64,000 nt of DNA from the human T2T-CHM13v2.0 reference genome, Homo sapiens. The position numbers and the translations under genes are program-made. The stretch spans positions 6,112,001 through 6,176,000 of the forward strand of contig CP086569.2 of assembly GCA_009914755.4 (NCBI GenBank), written 5' to 3'. Positions 63,900 through 64,000 of the stretch are shown here, piece by piece (position 1 is the stretch's first letter; every line of letters starts with the position of its first letter). Below the pieces are notes generated by a model that was not told the DNA's origin, ran no database searches, and saw nothing but the letters and a program-made list of their open reading frames with translations.

Positions 63900-64000
63900 C
63901 TGACTTCCGCAACAGTCCTACCAAGGAATCAGGCTGAATTTATAGAAGGAAATGCATGGACACAGTCTGAAACGTATACAGTCAAAGAGTTGATCCTGAA
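63900..64000 (+). repeat. Resumption of the 33-bp-period repeat family at the window edge
   Basis: 'gaatcaggctgaatttatagaaggaaatgcatggacacagtctgaaacgtatacagtcaaagag' matches motifs in 61440-61760. Confidence 0.6.

Overview
This window is primate (human or great-ape) nuclear DNA, not a prokaryotic locus. I base that on canonical Alu elements (including a near-consensus AluY with perfect target-site duplications), several LINE-1 3' fragments, and an ERV9/LTR12 provirus. The six-frame ORF track is therefore mostly uninformative. The long ORFs fall in L1 ORF2, ERV gag/pol remnants, or translated microsatellites. I see no intact cellular protein-coding gene. All coordinates are from manual reading and are good to about ±20 bp.

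Three things stand out:
- **Macrosatellite array (1–~31,428):** about 15 units of roughly 2.4 kb, truncated on the left by the window edge. Units share about 80–90% identity and are heavily remodelled by internal deletions and duplications and one L1 insertion. Each unit carries a (CA)n microsatellite and a ~160-bp module bounded by a polypyrimidine–AG acceptor and a GTAAAT/GTAAGT donor. The module survives in 13 of the units but has no conserved reading frame, so I read it as a tandemly reiterated non-coding exon. I cannot assign the array to a named family; 5S rDNA and the DAZ 2.4-kb repeat were checked and excluded.
- **Repeat-rich flank (31.4–59 kb):** Alus, simple repeats, and a ~6.9-kb internally deleted ERV9 provirus with unequal U3 repeat numbers in its two LTRs and a young AluY inserted in the 3' LTR. 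It also holds a twin-primed (inverted) young L1, and an older L1 fragment immediately flanked by 500–600-bp direct repeats.
- **33-bp tandem periodicity (60.4–62.0 kb):** one frame stays open for 225 codons and encodes an 11-residue repeat with Trp at every 11th position. It decays into stop-containing copies downstream and reappears at the window's right edge beyond an LTR-like sequence and an L1 insertion that carries a probable 3' transduction.
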